Positions 19,705-29,159 of a stretch of DNA of 64,000 nt are shown one piece after another. A program made the position numbers and the translations under genes. Each line of letters opens with the position of its first letter. Position 1 is the first letter of the stretch. Source of the DNA: a virus. The stretch is from positions 3,349 to 67,348 of the IMG/VR virus record IMGVR_UViG_3300029989_000016, one strand, 5' to 3'. A model generated the notes under the pieces. That model was given only the letters and a program-made list of their open reading frames with translations. It did not search any database and had not been told where the DNA came from.

Positions 19705-19731
19705 ATGGGCGGCGATAATATTGCCGCCCAT
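19705..19731 (-). terminator. Hairpin after the major capsid gene
   Basis: ATGGGCGGCGA-TAATA-TTGCCGCCCAT. Confidence 0.55.
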
Positions 19732-19755
19732 CCGTTTTACTTCACTTGCACGGCA

Positions 19756-20898
19756 TTAGATGCCGGTAACGCGTACCACGGCCCACGGACGCTTACAGAT
19801 CACGCCTGCGGTAGCATTCGCGTAGTCTTCGACGTACGACTTTGCGCGCTTTTCAACGCCCAGGGTCATGAACTTCGTCTGCACCAGCTGGGCGAAAGTC
19901 TCGCCGCCATCGGTCGAACCGTCGATGGACGAAGAAATTTCTTCCGCGTACAGATACATCACGTCGTCGCCAGGAGTGCCGCCAGGATTTGCGCCGCTCA
20001 GTTCCGGTGCAGATACGATGCGAACACGCGGATAGGTCTGTTTCAACCAGTCGCGCACGCTGATACCGAAGTCGGTGGTTTCCGTCAGGAAATCGACTTT
20101 GCCGGTAGGCAGCAGCATCGTGATATCAACAGATTCAGGATCGATTTGATCCTGCGATTGAACGCGCAGCTGGACGATTGCCATACGGATATCGCCGGTG
20201 ATTTGCTGGAAGGTCGATCCGGCCCAGCCAGTCGTGGACGACGAAATGTAGGCTGGCAGGTTCGGATCATTCAACAGGCCGAACGTTCGGTTTTTACCCG
20301 TATTCCAGCCGTAGAAGCCGACCGCATTGCGGAAGATTTCCAGTTGAACTGCCGCGCCTTGACGCTTGGTGTCGGCGGAATTCAGACGCATCGCCGAAGC
20401 GCGGCCTTCTTCCAGCAGGCCAACGGCCATGCCCATTTCACCGCGCACGATACTGCGACGTTCAAAATTCACGTTCCAGCTTGCCAGCGGAATGTTCGTG
20501 AAGTCGCCGTATTCGGTCACGGTGCCGGCAGGCTCCACGATGCCCTGGACGATTTCTTCATCTTCCCACGAGCCGACGGTTTTGATGCCGATTGCGTCAT
20601 CGATCTTACGTGCTGCGGTAATGATCTTGATGAAGCCCGGCAACCATGCTTGCAGGAACTGGATAGGCGTCGCCATCGAAGGCGTGGTGGACATCGGCGC
20701 AAAGTTCGAATCCATGACGGTCTTGCCACCTGCGGATACGCCCAGCAACTGGATTTGTTCGCGCACCATGGCGCTGTCCAGAACGATACCGATTTTGGTC
20801 AGCGCTTTTACTGCCGAGTCGGTGACTGCTTTCAAGTCGAACGGGCGAACGTTACGCGGCGCCAGATACGAATGAGTTTCGGTGATTTTACGGCTCAT
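19756..20898 (-). CDS. Major capsid protein (DUF2184, HK97 fold)
   Basis: [54 protein letters not shown]. Confidence 0.93.
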   Translation of the reverse strand: MSRKITETHSYLAPRNVRPFDLKAVTDSAVKALTKIGIVLDSAMVREQIQLLGVSAGGKTVMDSNFAPMSTTPSMATPIQFLQAWLPGFIKIITAARKIDDAIGIKTVGSWEDEEIVQGIVEPAGTVTEYGDFTNIPLASWNVNFERRSIVRGEMGMAVGLLEEGRASAMRLNSADTKRQGAAVQLEIFRNAVGFYGWNTGKNRTFGLLNDPNLPAYISSSTTGWAGSTFQQITGDIRMAIVQLRVQSQDQIDPESVDITMLLPTGKVDFLTETTDFGISVRDWLKQTYPRVRIVSAPELSGANPGGTPGDDVMYLYAEEISSSIDGSTDGGETFAQLVQTKFMTLGVEKRAKSYVEDYANATAGVICKRPWAVVRVTGI

Positions 20899-20908
20899 TT
20901 ATGGCCCC

Positions 20909-21526
20909 TTATTGCGTGAGTTGAACGATGGTGTAAGCCGAAACCAGAGCGCCCAGCGCCGAAGCCGCTGTCGATACTGGATTGGTCACACGAGCGTTTT
21001 TGATGACGACGAAGCCGGTTGGTGCCGCGCCTGCTGCCGGGTACGAAACGATAGCGCCGAAAGGCAGCGCCAGCGGATTGTCAGCGCCAGCGATGTTGCT
21101 TGGCACGTATGCCAAGCCGTCACCGAACGACACATTTTTCGTGGCCGTGGTTTCGTTGAACAATTCCACGATCATGATCGCCATATCGGCGAATTCGGCG
21201 TTGACTTCATCCGGCAGATTCAGCGAAGGGGCGAGCGTGCCGCCAGTACGGGTGCCGACCAAAACGTGATGTTTCGGATGCGCCAGGACGCCATAGAAGT
21301 TCGGGCCACCGACTTGCACGTAAGGCGCAATGGCCGATTTCGTCGGGTCGGTAGTGGCCGTGTTGCCGAAGTAACCGAACGCACGCGACATTGCATTCGG
21401 GTTCGCTGCCGACAGGATGGTCGTGGCCAGTGGCGCGATGCGGGCAGGCTTGAGGCGCTGCGGGCCATCGCGGACGATTTCACCAGGAATACCGGTGGAG
21501 TATTGACGTTGGACAGTGCGTTGCAT
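20909..21526 (-). CDS. Head decoration / cement protein
   Basis: QRTV....GIPGEI..DGP.R, F.GVL.HPK; lies between scaffold and capsid. Confidence 0.75.
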   Translation of the reverse strand: MQRTVQRQYSTGIPGEIVRDGPQRLKPARIAPLATTILSAANPNAMSRAFGYFGNTATTDPTKSAIAPYVQVGGPNFYGVLAHPKHHVLVGTRTGGTLAPSLNLPDEVNAEFADMAIMIVELFNETTATKNVSFGDGLAYVPSNIAGADNPLALPFGAIVSYPAAGAAPTGFVVIKNARVTNPVSTAASALGALVSAYTIVQLTQ

Positions 21527-22959
21527 TATTTTGCGCCTTTCAGATATGCGTCCATTTCGCTGTTTGCCGATGCGGAATCAGCGGCAGCGGCTTTGACGAC
21601 TTGGGTTTGTTGTTTGCGGCCTACGGCGATGCCGGTCAGGTACGCGTCCAGGGTAACGACTTCCATGCCATCAGCGCATTTCAAGCCGAGTTTTTTCACG
21701 CCATAAGCACTAACTTGACGTGCATCCATAGTCTTGCAATCGAAGGCTCCAACAACCGAAGACAGCCGGTTGTAGACGCTATCCTTAACAGCAAGATCAG
21801 CATAGAAAGCAGATACTGCACTGTCTTTTGCTTGCGCGTTAATGCCTGCCGCTGGGCCTGCCGATGCTTTGCCTTGACCCTCGCCAGCTGAACCAGCTTC
21901 GGCGTCGGCTGCGTTTTGAGCTTCAGCTTGGCTTTCACCAGCCGCATTCGCTGCACCTTCGTCAACGGTTCCGTTGACTCCTTGGGTTTCGTTTGTGGTT
22001 CCATTCATGCCCTCATCACCTGCGGAACCAGCGCACAGAGCTTTGATCTGAGCGAGAACGCCTTCGACTTGCGCGATCAGCTGCGGCAATTCGCCCGCCT
22101 CGCCTGCCGTGTTTTCCGGGGCCGCTACGGCTTCCGTTCCTGCCGGGGCTGCTACCCCTTCCGCACCCGCTGCGGCCTCGCCTGCCAGCGGGTCGTCGGT
22201 CGCAGCGGTATTGCCTGCTGCCGCGCCTGCTTCGCCGCCTTGGTGCTCGGGTTCTTTTGCTTCCTCGCCCAAAAACTCCTGGAGCGCTGGCAGCAAAGCT
22301 TGCAACTGGGCAACGGCGTTATCCAGAACCACTTTACGGTTCGGATTCGCTTTGCCTTTGGTGGCCTTGATGGTCATGTTATCATTCCTTTTATCGGATG
22401 GTCTTACAGCAAAATTAAGATGGTCGAAAATCAGACCATCCAACACTTTCGCGCCGGGGACACGACCTTCATCCACCAGAGCGATATGATTACCGCGCAT
22501 GTTGGTTTGGACTACCTCGTAAGGTTGCCCGTTCCACACGCCCGGCGTTAATTCGAAGTCGCAGGAATAACCCAACGACAAATCTTTTTTGCCCGACGCC
22601 AGCGCCGCCTGCATATCGCGTGAAAATACTTTGATATCGCCGCGCATCCATGGGGCTTCGTAATATACGTTCGCCGTGAGGACGCCGGATACTCCGTACT
22701 CTTCAGGTGCGGTGGCCGTCTCGTCGTTTTGCAAACCAGACAGCATTTCGTGATCGTTGATGAGCGGAACGTCTTTAAAGCTTTCGATGGCCGATAAGTC
22801 GCTGACTGCCGACTCTGGACGGAAAACTTTTACGATGCGGTTTGGGTCGCCCGGCAGGCCAAGCTGACCGGCGCTGTAATCAAAAATGCCGAATGACGAA
22901 ATAGGGCAGCCTTTAACTAAGAGGAATCCGTTTTCGTCTTGCTTGCGCTGGCTTGGCAT
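21526..22959 (-). CDS. Prohead protease/scaffold (DUF2213)
   Basis: R..DENGFL....PIS..GIF.Y, V.RP, PLINDH, LSLGY, GNHIALV..GR; acidic Ala-rich scaffold part. Confidence 0.88.
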   Translation of the reverse strand: MPSQRKQDENGFLLVKGCPISSFGIFDYSAGQLGLPGDPNRIVKVFRPESAVSDLSAIESFKDVPLINDHEMLSGLQNDETATAPEEYGVSGVLTANVYYEAPWMRGDIKVFSRDMQAALASGKKDLSLGYSCDFELTPGVWNGQPYEVVQTNMRGNHIALVDEGRVPGAKVLDGLIFDHLNFAVRPSDKRNDNMTIKATKGKANPNRKVVLDNAVAQLQALLPALQEFLGEEAKEPEHQGGEAGAAAGNTAATDDPLAGEAAAGAEGVAAPAGTEAVAAPENTAGEAGELPQLIAQVEGVLAQIKALCAGSAGDEGMNGTTNETQGVNGTVDEGAANAAGESQAEAQNAADAEAGSAGEGQGKASAGPAAGINAQAKDSAVSAFYADLAVKDSVYNRLSSVVGAFDCKTMDARQVSAYGVKKLGLKCADGMEVVTLDAYLTGIAVGRKQQTQVVKAAAADSASANSEMDAYLKGAK

Positions 22960-23029
22960 TATGTTCGAACCCATGAATATTATCTGTAGGAGTATATGCG
23001 GTTGTCTTATTGCAGGCAACAGATTTATT

Positions 23030-23430
23030 AAAAACTTTATTCGGTAATTTGCCGCGAGTTAATCGATATATTCAGCCGCGATATTAATGGAGTTAGGTAC
23101 ATATTCTAAAATACCGGAATATTTCTGAGGGAATAAACCGATACAAACTTGGGTATTGCCGCAAGTCGTTGTTTTATATAGTTATTAATACCTTTTTATC
23201 TGTATATTATCTAAATATCTAAATATCTACAGAATAACTAAAGTAGATAGCTTTCTATTCCTATGCTCTTGCGAAACCCTCTAGAAAAACGATATTCGAA
23301 AATAACGCGGCAAGTCCTTGATTATAAAGCGAAAAGAAATATCCGATTTTTTAGAATCCGCACTTTCGAAAACCCGAATCCGCTATATCCGGGGCGAAAA
23401 CAGGCGCGGCAAACATCAATTCGCCGCGCC
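23030..23430. promoter_or_regulatory. AT-rich non-coding element A with IHF-like sites (origin- or pac-like)
   Basis: No credible ORF; CAAGTCGTTGTTT (23162) and CAAGTCCTTGATT (23311) fit YAANNNNTTGATW; homologous to 43370-43870. Confidence 0.6.
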
Positions 23431-23434
23431 CGCA

Positions 23435-23590
23435 TCAGATATAAAACATTAAAAGTATGATCGCAAGATCGAAGAATGCCAGGCGGCGCTTAAAAAACGC
23501 GCAGGTAAGGAAAAAATCGTACATATCGATGGCAATTTCTTTTATGCGCTTCGATACTGATTTCGTTTCGTCTTCAGACGTATATTCCAT
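23435..23590 (-). CDS. Small hypothetical protein (51 aa, not in ORF track)
   Basis: GAGG RBS; MEYTSEDETKSVSKRIKEIAIDMYDFF...LAIILLMFYI; continues the late operon. Confidence 0.4.
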   Translation of the reverse strand: MEYTSEDETKSVSKRIKEIAIDMYDFFLTCAFFKRRLAFFDLAIILLMFYI

Positions 23591-23599
23591 GAGCATTCC

Positions 23600-23800
23600 T
23601 CATTTATTGGCAATACCAATTATTCTGTTGATTTTGGTTATCAGCGATTTAATCATAGGCTTCATGCTATCGCTGGCTTTATTCTTTCGCTGCTGAGAAT
23701 ACGCTATCGCAACGGCCTGTTTTGGGTCTTTGCCTGCGGCTATTTCTCGCTTGACATTCTCTTCGCGGGCTGCGCTTCCAGTCCCTTTTGATAATGGCAT
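23600..23800 (-). CDS. Small conserved head-region protein
   Basis: MPLSKG.....EN...EI.AGK..KQAVAIAYS, a widespread phage motif. Confidence 0.8.
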   Translation of the reverse strand: MPLSKGTGSAAREENVKREIAAGKDPKQAVAIAYSQQRKNKASDSMKPMIKSLITKINRIIGIANK

Positions 23801-23814
23801 TTAATAAACTCCTA

Positions 23815-24654
23815 TTAAGTGATTACCGGCAGTTTTCTGCATCGGCAACGGATCGCCCAGCCGGGCGGGCCTTGGTCTGCCTTCGGGCCTTCCCACAGTC
23901 GCGGGTCGTTAAGCTTGAAAATCATACCGTCTTTGGCAACGTGCGAAGGGCGCGGCGTCTTGCCCGCCGACGAGTGCGCCCATTCGAATTCTTCGATACC
24001 ATTCTGCAACATTCGCTCGTCGCTCAGAGCGGAATACAACTTACTGTTCTGATCGATTGCGATAAGTTCGATTCGCTTTTTAGAGAATCCGGACACTTCC
24101 TTAAGCGCGCTTTCGATGCCGGATTGCCCTTGCTGCGCCGGATCGGGCGACGTAAGGGAAAGCATTACTGCCGTATGGATTTTTTCGTGGACTTCCTTCT
24201 GGATTCCGGTAATCAAAGTATGGTTAAAATTGACTGATGCCGCCAGAGTATTCGCCACGTTAGCGTTATATGCCTTCGTAGGCTGCTGCACTCCCATAGT
24301 ACTTAGGCTGAATAGCGTGGACGCATCGGCGTGCTGCTCGGACTTGTCCACGAATTCCTTAGCGGTCTTAGTGGCAAATCCCTGATAAACGCGAGTCCAT
24401 TTCTCGTTCATGCGAGCAAAGATTGCCGCGAAGATGGACGATACTGACGAGTCTTCAGCAAAGAACGTTTTCACCTGACTACGATCCAGAGCGGCCTTTA
24501 CCTGCTCACGGTAGTCCTCGATCATGGAGTGCGTAACAGCGTTCATTTGCTTTTCGTACCAGCGTTCCACCACTGCACTGGGGATTAAAAGGCGACCTTT
24601 CACGGTCGGCCCTTTTAATTTAGTCTCGCGCTTTTTGGATGCAGAGAAGGCCAT
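23815..24654 (-). CDS. Minor head protein (Mu gpF / SPP1 gp7 family)
   Basis: IAIDQNSK, FEW.HS....PRPSH...DG.IF....P, PG.AIRCRC. Confidence 0.88.
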   Translation of the reverse strand: MAFSASKKRETKLKGPTVKGRLLIPSAVVERWYEKQMNAVTHSMIEDYREQVKAALDRSQVKTFFAEDSSVSSIFAAIFARMNEKWTRVYQGFATKTAKEFVDKSEQHADASTLFSLSTMGVQQPTKAYNANVANTLAASVNFNHTLITGIQKEVHEKIHTAVMLSLTSPDPAQQGQSGIESALKEVSGFSKKRIELIAIDQNSKLYSALSDERMLQNGIEEFEWAHSSAGKTPRPSHVAKDGMIFKLNDPRLWEGPKADQGPPGWAIRCRCRKLPVIT

Positions 24655-26979
24655 TTACGAGTCCATCGAAAAAGCGTTTTCCATATCACCCATTTTCAGC
24701 CAGGTCTTGAGCGACGCCATATCGATGGAGTGCATGGAATCGAAGCCGCCCCAGTCTTTCGAATAGGCGGACAGATATGCCTCTTTAGCGGCCTCTGGCG
24801 AATCGAAACCGATCATGATTTTATGTTCGTCGAACTCGCCAGATTCTGTGTCGTTCTGGTTGATTATGTGGACGGTTTGCGCCTTTAGGTTCGGGCCGAT
24901 AAAGCAGTCCATTTCTTCGCCGTCAGCGCCGTTAGTGCCGCGAATAAAGCCGTAATGGTTATTCATTTTCGACTGCCACGGGCCATCGATTCCTTGGCCT
25001 GCGCGGATAGAGCCGCGAGGGTTTTCGACTGCGATTACCATGCCACCGACTTTCATCTTAGGCAGTTTGTATTTATCCATCGTCGGAATCAGGTTGCCAG
25101 CGCCAGCAATCGAAGGGGCTGTACTGCCTGCAATGCCCGGCGTAGTCGTTCGCGTTATTGAAGACGCCGAATGCTGCGGCAAGTCCTGGCCTTCAACGAC
25201 TTTGTTTTCTATGATGGCCATAAGTGCATCAGCTAGCGTGCGCAGCCCCTCCGATACTAGATCGGTTCGCGCTGCGGTCGAGGTCGTCGGCACGGACACT
25301 GCCGTGGCCGGGTTCGCTTCGTCGTTCGGGGCTTCGTCGGTCGGCATCGGCGCATCCGTCTTTTCGTTCGCCGTAATAATGGACGCTTGCCCACGTTGCG
25401 CCTGCCCCTCTGCTCCGGTAGACGCCGCGCCTGCTTTTTCGAAGGCTGCGATATTCTCTGGAGACTCGCCCGGCGTAGCATTCGCGTCGTCGTCGGTAAG
25501 GCGGTTGTAGCCTGAATTCTTATCGTCGCGCAGGCGGCTACGCACCTCGTCAGGAGATACCGCGCCCAGGGCGACGTTCTTAGTGTCCGTGTCGGCCTTC
25601 TTATCGTTCAGTTCCGCTTGCTCTTTCGTGCTGACGGAATCCACAGGCTCCCAAACGATGATGAGAGTTTCTTTCATCCCCAAACTGCGGCTAAGGATTA
25701 GATAATGGCGCTCCAAAAACGGATGCATTACGTTTTCTTGAATGGATTCCAGTTCCTCGTGATACGACTTCGCCTCAAACTCGCCGGTAGCGTTAAAGCC
25801 TTTCGGAGACGTACCCAGAATCTTTGTCGCTGGAGTCTTCGATATCGCCGCGACAAGCTGATACTGGTTCATGATGACGGAATCGAAGTCTGCCAGCGAC
25901 GTATCGAACTGCTCCATGGCCTCGTCTTTGCCAAGAACTTTCACGGCGTGGTTATCTCGGAATCGCAGCCATACGGCAAGCTTGTCCATGAACGACTTTT
26001 CGTTCAGGACTACTTTGTCCATATCTACGTGAATAGCCGTCGTGCGCTTATTCATCGCCAGCAAAGGGGCTTCGTTCGCCGTGCGCTCTGCGGCGTAGAC
26101 CCGCTCGTAAATCCGTTGCGTCAGAGGGATTCCGCCGAAAATATATGTCGGCTTGAGAATGTCCGGTGGCTGCGGGCCGCGAGAGATGATAAGGTGCGTG
26201 CGGTGATATTTCTTTCCGCTGATGACCCAGAATTCAGGCTCGTAAAAGTGCGGGTTCGAAGGGTCGTTTGTGGACTCTGACGTCATCATCGGCATCATCC
26301 AGTAAGGGTCTACCTGAGAAATGCCTGTGTACGATCCTTCTGTAATGCCGTCCGCGTTGAACGGTTTTTCGTAGTATAGCGGATCGTCGCTTTTCACCTG
26401 GAAGATCACCACGCGGATTCCGAAAATATTTTTAAATCGGTTGAATTCCGCAAGCTGCTCTTTCAGTTTAAACCGCATATCGTATCCGGTCAATTCGTCA
26501 TGCGTTTCGCTGGATAACGCCTCGTCGCTGCCTTTCGCTTTGATGATCCAGCCGTTGCGCACCGCATCCTCACCAGACATCGAGCAAGCCTTATCCACCA
26601 GCCAATGCTGCGAGATAATTGCGCATGCCTGATGCCCGATAAAGCTTTGCGACGAATACCAGCCTTGCAGCATAGGCGCGATTGCGTCGCCGCCAGTTGG
26701 GACTGCATTGCCCACGTTCATATCGTCCATCACCGACGCCTTGACCGACGCCGGGACGTTAGCAGAGTCGCCGACGAGGACTCTATCGAATCGGTCGTAA
26801 ACAGGGAACTCGTTAATGTTCTTTAATGGCACGACCTCCGACGCTTCCCAGCCGCTAGACCGGGCGACCGTATCCATAGGGTCTAGCCAGTGCGGCTTTG
26901 TCGTCGGCGCGGCAACGCCATCCTCTTTAACTTTCCAAGGCGCTAAGAGGCGGCGTATTGCGTTTTTGATGGTCTGCAT
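24655..26979 (-). CDS. Portal protein (DUF1073) with C-terminal inorganic-pyrophosphatase-like domain
   Basis: FIG...CA..SQHWLVDKAC, P.TKILG.SP.GFNATGE; C-terminal ENPRGSIR.G, HYGFIRGT.GADGEEMDCFIG, FDEHKIM.GF. Confidence 0.88.
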   Translation of the reverse strand: MQTIKNAIRRLLAPWKVKEDGVAAPTTKPHWLDPMDTVARSSGWEASEVVPLKNINEFPVYDRFDRVLVGDSANVPASVKASVMDDMNVGNAVPTGGDAIAPMLQGWYSSQSFIGHQACAIISQHWLVDKACSMSGEDAVRNGWIIKAKGSDEALSSETHDELTGYDMRFKLKEQLAEFNRFKNIFGIRVVIFQVKSDDPLYYEKPFNADGITEGSYTGISQVDPYWMMPMMTSESTNDPSNPHFYEPEFWVISGKKYHRTHLIISRGPQPPDILKPTYIFGGIPLTQRIYERVYAAERTANEAPLLAMNKRTTAIHVDMDKVVLNEKSFMDKLAVWLRFRDNHAVKVLGKDEAMEQFDTSLADFDSVIMNQYQLVAAISKTPATKILGTSPKGFNATGEFEAKSYHEELESIQENVMHPFLERHYLILSRSLGMKETLIIVWEPVDSVSTKEQAELNDKKADTDTKNVALGAVSPDEVRSRLRDDKNSGYNRLTDDDANATPGESPENIAAFEKAGAASTGAEGQAQRGQASIITANEKTDAPMPTDEAPNDEANPATAVSVPTTSTAARTDLVSEGLRTLADALMAIIENKVVEGQDLPQHSASSITRTTTPGIAGSTAPSIAGAGNLIPTMDKYKLPKMKVGGMVIAVENPRGSIRAGQGIDGPWQSKMNNHYGFIRGTNGADGEEMDCFIGPNLKAQTVHIINQNDTESGEFDEHKIMIGFDSPEAAKEAYLSAYSKDWGGFDSMHSIDMASLKTWLKMGDMENAFSMDS

Positions 26980-27189
26980 TATTTATGTTCCGGGTTGGCG
27001 TATCGTGCATTATAGGATTCTCCCCGCGATATTACTACACCGAACAGAAAAAAGCTGTTGATTTTTTATCGAAAGTAGGATAGATACAGAAGTGGATCAG
27101 AAAGCGGTCTATCTGATATAGCTTTACGACGTTCTGGAAATAATATATCCTATAGCTTTAATGCTCAGAATGAATAGAAAGGGAACGAT

Positions 27190-27960
27190 ATGGCTACGAA
27201 AATTTATGTATCACGATGCGAAAAGTGCAGAGGAACCGGCAAATGGCACGGAACTCAGAACTGTTTCTCGTGCGGCGGAGCTGGCACTAAAGAGTTTAAG
27301 TCGTCGCCGGAAAAGCGGGCTGCACGGAACGAGGCGAACGAGACTCGCCGCGAGCAAATCGCAATCGCTAATTTGGGTGGCTTCGAAATAAACAATCCTG
27401 GTATAGCTGATTGGTGGAACGCGCCGGGCGCTGCTGATTTCGCGCTGGACTTGCGGGCGACGGTGATGCGTAAAGGGTCGTTGAGCTTTGCGCAGATGCA
27501 CGAGGCGAAATATCAGTCTGAAAATACGCTCTCGGTATCGGCAGTGCGTTCCAAGCGCGAACGAATTACGCCAGACGAGACTTACGCGGCCTTCTTCGAA
27601 GCGTTCAAAACAGCAACGCGCAATGGCGTTAAGAGTCCTAGTATCCGTCTTTGGGTTGACGGTCGTGACTTTAATTTCTTCCCTGCAAGCTACATAAGCC
27701 TTAATTCTGGCTACATTTACGCTAAAGAGGGAGAAACGTACCTGGGCAAGTTAGGCGAAGGGCGATTTAAACCAGCCCTAGAGTGTTCTGCCGGGCTTGC
27801 CGTCCTCGTGCTGGTAGCGGTCGCCGATCCCCTCCGATTCGTCGCTGCGCACGCGGCAGCAACCGGCAATTGCCCCTTATGCGTAGGAAAGCACGGCGAA
27901 GGATTGCACCCGGAGTGCTTCGCTAAATTCTTCCCAGATTCGAAGGCAGAAAATGCATAA
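27190..27960 (+). CDS. Hypothetical protein with DnaJ-type Zn finger and DUF6011-like C-terminus
   Basis: CEKCRGTG...CFSCGGAG; DP......ATGNCPLC...HPEC. Confidence 0.7.
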   Translation: MATKIYVSRCEKCRGTGKWHGTQNCFSCGGAGTKEFKSSPEKRAARNEANETRREQIAIANLGGFEINNPGIADWWNAPGAADFALDLRATVMRKGSLSFAQMHEAKYQSENTLSVSAVRSKRERITPDETYAAFFEAFKTATRNGVKSPSIRLWVDGRDFNFFPASYISLNSGYIYAKEGETYLGKLGEGRFKPALECSAGLAVLVLVAVADPLRFVAAHAAATGNCPLCVGKHGEGLHPECFAKFFPDSKAENA

Positions 27961-28027
27961 GCACGCTACCGCAATAATCGTCATCTTTGTGGTCGCCGTA
28001 GTGGCCTCACAGGGCTGGCCTAATTAA
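27953..28027 (+). CDS. 24-aa hydrophobic micro-protein (not in ORF track)
   Basis: MHKHATAIIVIFVVAVVASQGWPN; start overlaps the upstream gene end. Confidence 0.35.
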   Translation: MHKHATAIIVIFVVAVVASQGWPN

Positions 28028-28073
28028 TTTCATTTATTTTCTGGAAAGCACTTCCTTTTTAAAATAGCTGGTA

Positions 28074-28100
28074 TATAATTCTTGTATTGGAAGTGCAAAC
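28074..28100 (+). promoter_or_regulatory. Repeated early promoter/leader element, copy 1
   Basis: TATAATTCTTGTATTGGAAGTGCAAAC, near-identical to 37528 and 38755. Confidence 0.7.
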
Positions 28101-28126
28101 GCAAGTCAACCGAGAATGGAAATAAG

Positions 28127-28351
28127 ATGATCGACTTCAGCAGCTTTACGATTAAAGGCGCAATGGTATTTCAGTCGGAATCGAGACACTGCACGCCCAT
28201 CGCAGTCAAACGCGTAGTGCAGCAAAAAGACGGCAGCTGGTGGCAGTATAATTTTTACAAGGGCGGAAAAGTCGGTACGCCACTTCGCGGCAAGGATCGA
28301 CAGAAATATATGCTGCTGTTTATCGAAGAAGTGAAAGCAGCACTTAAGTAA
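28127..28351 (+). CDS. Hypothetical protein
   Basis: Follows the promoter repeat and GAGAATGGAAATAA leader. Confidence 0.65.
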   Translation: MIDFSSFTIKGAMVFQSESRHCTPIAVKRVVQQKDGSWWQYNFYKGGKVGTPLRGKDRQKYMLLFIEEVKAALK

Positions 28352-28352
28352 T

Positions 28353-28386
28353 CCAAACGCCCCGCTAGACGGGGTTTTACCAGTAT
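28353..28386 (+). repeat. Repeated hairpin element Q, copy 1
   Basis: CCAAACGCCCCGCTAGACGGGGTTTTACCAGTA; related copies at 38244 and 39175. Confidence 0.65.
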
Positions 28387-28409
28387 AACTAACCTAGAAT
28401 GGAGCTAAA

Positions 28410-29159
28410 ATGGACTTCACCGCACTGGAATTAATCAAAGACCGCATTGCCAAGCTCTTGCGCATGGCAGCAGACGCCAGCAGCCCGAACGAGGCGGCAA
28501 TCGCGGCATCCCGCGCCCGCAAGTTAATGGACAAGCATCAGCTGGACGAGTACGATATCGGCGACCGTGCGCCGGAAGAGTTTGCAACGATGGACGTTAC
28601 CCGCGCCTATGCCGCGCTGCCGTCGTATATCGATACCCTGGCCGTCGCCGTCGCGCAGTATAACGACTGCCAGTCATCCCGCGAATGGGCCGATATGGAC
28701 TATCGCATGTCCGGTAAGGCGAAAGAGAACGGGCGCGAAGGCCAGCGCACGAAGATGCGCGGTTGCAAGCTGGTCTTTAAGGGATATAAATCTGACGTGG
28801 AACTCGCAGTACAGATGATGGAGCGCCTGCTGGAAGCCGCTAACCGCCTTTGCAAAGAATATCTGAGCAGCAAGGGTTACGCAAAGTACCCGGTACGCAT
28901 CGGCGGGCAGTTCAAAATAGGAGCGTGCGGCGCCATTCAGCAGCAATTGCGATCCATGACCGTCCAGCGCCAGCAATTAACGTCAACGGCTGGAACTGCC
29001 CTAGTTCTGGTAAAGTCTGCTAAGGTGGACGAACATTTCGGTGAAGCCGAATATGGAAAAGTGACTCGCCGAGAACTGCAAGACAACGCCGAGCGCGACG
29101 CCCATGAAGAGGGCGTTCGCAAGGGAAGCGCCGTCGAGATTACGCCCCACCTCGATTAA
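28410..29159 (+). CDS. DUF2786 domain protein
   Basis: IKDRIAKLLRMA....SPNEAAIA..RARKLM.KH. Confidence 0.85.
   Translation: MDFTALELIKDRIAKLLRMAADASSPNEAAIAASRARKLMDKHQLDEYDIGDRAPEEFATMDVTRAYAALPSYIDTLAVAVAQYNDCQSSREWADMDYRMSGKAKENGREGQRTKMRGCKLVFKGYKSDVELAVQMMERLLEAANRLCKEYLSSKGYAKYPVRIGGQFKIGACGAIQQQLRSMTVQRQQLTSTAGTALVLVKSAKVDEHFGEAEYGKVTRRELQDNAERDAHEEGVRKGSAVEITPHLD

Noticed and set aside
19705-20919. 404-aa + strand ORF, and similar long ORFs at 16503-17300, 34839-35795, 36619-37662, 45379-46221 and 53275-54225
   Set aside because: Antisense shadows of real genes with biased codons; no RBS or recognisable motifs
23263-23696. + strand ORFs 23263-23460 and 23457-23696
   Set aside because: They overlap AT-rich element A and minus-strand late genes and have no RBS
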